Shown here: one piece after another, positions 60,658 to 64,000 of the stretch
Layout: each line of letters opens with the position of its first letter
How positions within the stretch are numbered: the stretch's first letter is position 1
DNA from: Clostridium sp. UBA4108
Lineage (GTDB): Bacteria; Bacillota; Clostridia; Clostridiales; Clostridiaceae
Direction of reading: 5' to 3'
Assembly: GCA_002381695.1 (NCBI GenBank)
Contig: DFXM01000001.1
Coordinates: forward strand, 40,809-104,808
DNA: 64,000 bases
The notes under the pieces: model-generated
Databases searched by the model: none
Told to the model about the DNA's origin: nothing
What the model saw: only the letters and a program-made list of their open reading frames with translations
Position numbers and translations under genes: made by a program

Positions 60658-60918
60658 ATGGATAACTTTTTAGAAAAAATAACATTAACTGATGAAGATG
60701 GGCAAGAAGTAGACTTTGATGTAATAACAAAATTAGAAGTAGAGACAGATGAATATTTTATAGTTACTTTATCTGATGAGGATAGTGATGAAGCCATAGC
60801 TCTTAAAGTTGTTAAGGGAGAAAATGGTGAGGAAATGTTCGAAACTGTAGAAGATGATGAGGAGTTCAGTATAGTTGTAGATGCTTATGAAACCTTATGT
60901 GAAGAAGGTCTAATATAG
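60658..60918 (+). CDS. DUF1292 family acidic protein
   Basis: ITLTDEDGQE, ETVEDDEEF; conserved position after ruvX. Confidence 0.88.
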   Translation: MDNFLEKITLTDEDGQEVDFDVITKLEVETDEYFIVTLSDEDSDEAIALKVVKGENGEEMFETVEDDEEFSIVVDAYETLCEEGLI

Positions 60919-60967
60919 AGTATTAGCGTTTGTGAATTTAAAAAATAGAGAGGGAAGTGTTGATTTA

Positions 60968-61408
60968 ATGTCTAAAGAAATATTAGAAAATTTAAAAAAT
61001 GTATTGAAAGATAAAGGATATAAATTAACCCCTCAAAGACGAGCGATTCTTAATGAAATTATAGACAATCAAGGATCTCATCTTACTACTGAGGAAATTT
61101 ATGATTTAGTTAAGGTTAAATGTCCAGAAATTGGTCTTGCTACTGTATATAGAACGGTACAAATACTTGAAGATATGGGAGTAGTAAGTAAACTAGATTT
61201 AGATGATGGATGTAGTAGATATGAACTTTGTGAAGAGGACGATGGACATCAACATCACCATTTAATATGTAATAAATGTGGAAGGGTAATTGAAGTTGAG
61301 GGCGATCTTCTTGAAGAGTTAGAAAATATAATAGAAGAAAAATATAGTTTTATGATTGAGAATCATAGCGTTAAATTTTACGGTATATGCGATAATTGTC
61401 CCAAATAG
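60968..61408 (+). CDS. Fur-family transcriptional regulator
   Basis: KLTPQRRAIL, IGLATVYRT, HHHLICNKCG, YGICDNC. Confidence 0.93.
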   Translation: MSKEILENLKNVLKDKGYKLTPQRRAILNEIIDNQGSHLTTEEIYDLVKVKCPEIGLATVYRTVQILEDMGVVSKLDLDDGCSRYELCEEDDGHQHHHLICNKCGRVIEVEGDLLEELENIIEEKYSFMIENHSVKFYGICDNCPK

Positions 61409-61493
61409 AGAGCTATAATAGTATAGTTCTGTGAGTCAATTATATAAATGTGGAATGAATGTAGTATATATGGCAATAAAGGAGGGTAGAATT

Positions 61494-63161
61494 TTGAAAA
61501 AAGAAAGAGAAAAGATTAAGATAATTCCACTAGGGGGATTAAATGAGATAGGTAAAAATTTAACTGTTGTAGAATATAAAAATGATATAGTAGTTATAGA
61601 TTGTGGATTAAAATTTCCAGATGACGAAATGTTAGGAATTGATGTGGTTATACCGGATGTGACATACTTAGTGAAAAATGCTGATAGAGTAAGAGGTATA
61701 TTCTTGACTCACGGGCACGAAGATCACATAGGAGCATTACCATATGTTTTAAAACAGTTAAATATTCCTGTATACGGAACTAAGTTAACGCTAGGAATTG
61801 TTCAAAGCAAGTTAAAGGAACATGGATTATTATCAAGTGTTGAGCTAAAATGTGTTAAGGCTAAAGATATAATTAAACTTACTAATGTATCAGTAGAGTT
61901 TATTAAAACTAACCATAGTATTGCTGATTCAGTAGCTATAGCTATCCACACACCATTAGGAGTAGTTCTTCATACTGGTGATTTTAAAATTGATTTTACT
62001 CCAATAGATGGATGTGTAGCAGATTTAGCTAGATTTGCAGAATTAGGTAAAAAAGGTGTTACGGTTATGATGGCCGATAGTACTAATGTAGAGAGGCCTG
62101 GCTATACTATGTCAGAAAGCACTGTGGGAGAAACTTTCGAGAAAATATTCCATAACGCTAAAGGTAGAATTATAGTTGCAACATTTGCTTCTAATATACA
62201 CAGAGTGCAGCAGATAATAACTGCTGCAAATAAATATGGAAGAAAAGTAGCATTATCGGGCAGGAGTATGGAGAATATTATAGCAGTTGCTATTGAATTA
62301 GGATATATAGATATTAATGAAGAATCATTAATTAGTATAGATGCTATTGGAAAATATCCTGATGATAAAATAGTAATGATAACAACTGGTAGTCAAGGAG
62401 AGGCTATGTCAGCACTTGCAAGGATGGCATCTTCAGAGCATAAAAAAGTTAATATTGCAAAGGGAGATTTAGTTATAATATCTGCAACACCAATACCAGG
62501 AAATGAAAAACTGGTATCAAAGGTTATAAATCAATTGTTTAAAAAGGGTGCTGATGTTATTTATGAAGCATTAGCTGATGTCCATGTATCTGGGCATGCT
62601 TGTCAAGAGGAATTGAAGTTGATGCAGACTTTAGTTAAACCTAGATTTTTCATACCAGTTCATGGAGAGTATAGGCATTTAAAGCAGCATGGAGAATTAG
62701 CTGTTAAGCTAGGACTGTCTGAAAAAAATGTTTTTTTAGGTGAAAATGGTGATGTTATAGAACTTAATAGAACTAGCATTAAAAAAACAGGTACAGTAGT
62801 ATCAGGACAGGTATTTGTAGATGGCTTAGGGGTTGGAGATGTAGGAAATATAGTTCTAAGGGATAGAAAGCATTTATCTCAAGATGGTATACTAACAGTA
62901 GTAGTTACCATAGAAAAAGAAAGTGGAACAGTAATAGCTGGACCAGATATTATTTCAAGAGGATTTGTTTACGTAAGAGAGTCCGAAGATTTAATGGAAA
63001 GAGCAAGAGATATAGTGAAAGAAGCTTTAAAAGAGTGTGAAGAAAAACATATTACTGATTGGCCTACAATAAAAGGAAATATTAGAGAAGTTCTTAGAGC
63101 ATATCTATATGAGAAAACTAAGAGGAGGCCTATGATATTACCTATTATAATGGAGGTATAA
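61494..63161 (+). CDS. rnj: ribonuclease J
   Basis: PLGGLNEIGKN, THGHEDHIG, HTGDFK, TGSQGE, HVSGH, PVHGE; TTG start after AAGGAGG. Confidence 0.96.
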   Translation: MKKEREKIKIIPLGGLNEIGKNLTVVEYKNDIVVIDCGLKFPDDEMLGIDVVIPDVTYLVKNADRVRGIFLTHGHEDHIGALPYVLKQLNIPVYGTKLTLGIVQSKLKEHGLLSSVELKCVKAKDIIKLTNVSVEFIKTNHSIADSVAIAIHTPLGVVLHTGDFKIDFTPIDGCVADLARFAELGKKGVTVMMADSTNVERPGYTMSESTVGETFEKIFHNAKGRIIVATFASNIHRVQQIITAANKYGRKVALSGRSMENIIAVAIELGYIDINEESLISIDAIGKYPDDKIVMITTGSQGEAMSALARMASSEHKKVNIAKGDLVIISATPIPGNEKLVSKVINQLFKKGADVIYEALADVHVSGHACQEELKLMQTLVKPRFFIPVHGEYRHLKQHGELAVKLGLSEKNVFLGENGDVIELNRTSIKKTGTVVSGQVFVDGLGVGDVGNIVLRDRKHLSQDGILTVVVTIEKESGTVIAGPDIISRGFVYVRESEDLMERARDIVKEALKECEEKHITDWPTIKGNIREVLRAYLYEKTKRRPMILPIIMEV

Positions 63162-63238
63162 GTATATTATTAAGCTATTTTCAGAATAAATATTAGTAAA
63201 TATACTTTCATTTGGTATTTAATATAGTTTTTATAACA

Positions 63239-63267
63239 TTGACTTTTTTAAATCATAAGATTAGAAT
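63239..63267 (+). promoter_or_regulatory. sigma A promoter upstream of typA
   Basis: TTGACT-N17-TAGAAT. Confidence 0.6.
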
Positions 63268-63355
63268 AAGAATAGTAAAAAAAAAGATTGGATACAAAAG
63301 TATCCAATTTTATTTTGTAATAAATAATAAAAAAAAATAATACTGGAGGAAAAAT

Positions 63356-64000
63356 ATGAATTTATATACAAGAGAAGATATAAGAAATATAGCTATAATA
63401 GCTCACGTTGACCATGGTAAAACAACTTTGGTAGATGCACTTTTAAAGCAAAGTAAGGTGTTTAGAGATAATGAAGTAGTTCAAGAGAGAGTAATGGATT
63501 CTAATGACTTAGAAAGAGAAAGAGGAATTACTATACTTTCAAAAAATACAGCAGTAGTTCATAATGGAATAAAGATAAATATAATTGATACACCTGGGCA
63601 TGCTGATTTTGGTGGAGAAGTTGAAAGGGTATTGAAAATGGTAGATAGTGTTCTACTTGTAGTAGACGCTTATGAAGGGGCTATGCCACAGACTAAATTC
63701 GTACTTAAAAAGGCACTAGAATTAAAACTTAAGCCTATGGTAATAATAAATAAAATTGATAAAAAGGATGAAAGAGCTGCCGAAGTTATTGACGAGATAT
63801 TTGACTTATTTGTTGAACTTGGGGCAAGTGATGAGCAATTAGATTTTAAGATAATATATGCTTCAGCAAGAAGTGGATTTGCTAAGGATGAATTAGAGAA
63901 TGAATCTAAGGATATGGAACCATTATTTGAGGCCATTATACAAAATGTAAATCCACCGAAAGGCTATGTGGACGAGCCACTTCAAATGCTTGTAACTTCT
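63356..64000 (+). CDS. typA: translational GTPase TypA/BipA (3' truncated by window edge)
   Basis: Not in the ORF track. GGAGG RBS then [64 protein letters not shown]. Confidence 0.96.
   Translation, partial: MNLYTREDIRNIAIIAHVDHGKTTLVDALLKQSKVFRDNEVVQERVMDSNDLERERGITILSKNTAVVHNGIKINIIDTPGHADFGGEVERVLKMVDSVLLVVDAYEGAMPQTKFVLKKALELKLKPMVIINKIDKKDERAAEVIDEIFDLFVELGASDEQLDFKIIYASARSGFAKDELENESKDMEPLFEAIIQNVNPPKGYVDEPLQMLVTS

Noticed and set aside
157..63936. Other short ORFs antisense to or nested within annotated genes (e.g. 3018-3368, 26186-26563, 46096-46428, 60223-60633, 63670-63936)
   Set aside because: All overlap confidently identified genes on the other strand and show no independent coding signals.

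Overview
AT-rich, low-GC Firmicute chromosome segment, most consistent with Clostridium sensu stricto given the sporulation genes, SCIFF locus and gene order. Almost all genes are on the + strand, and I found no CRISPR array, prophage or transposase. In order it contains: the 3' part of a histidine-utilisation cluster (ftcD partial, hutI, cyclodeaminase); a solitary CamA-like m6A DNA methyltransferase directly upstream of spoIIAA-spoIIAB-sigF and spoVAC-D-E; a class A PBP, yunB, hpt and a long hflX; yigZ and yebC; ruvAB-queA-tgt-yajC; the SCIFF ranthipeptide locus (scfA is missing from the ORF track); secDF, a truncated degenerate recJ-like gene, apt-rel-dtd, hemZ, aspS and 6S RNA; a sigma54-controlled ornithine oxidation cluster (activator, ord-ortAB-oraSE-oraF-orr); tRNA-Lys(CTT); an iscR-iscS-iscU-mnmA locus with a second iscU; T-box-controlled alaS, then reoM/ireB, ruvX, DUF1292, fur, rnj and typA (partial). 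Most notable observations: (1) HflX has an ~180-aa N-terminal extension with a complete JAMM/RadC-like metallo-motif; (2) a CamA-like orphan methyltransferase sits directly upstream of the spoIIA operon; (3) a RecJ-derived ORF is intact but lacks its catalytic motifs; (4) an orphan minus-strand terminator suggests an unannotated sRNA. All homology calls come from recognising motifs by eye and from memory; no database search was run.
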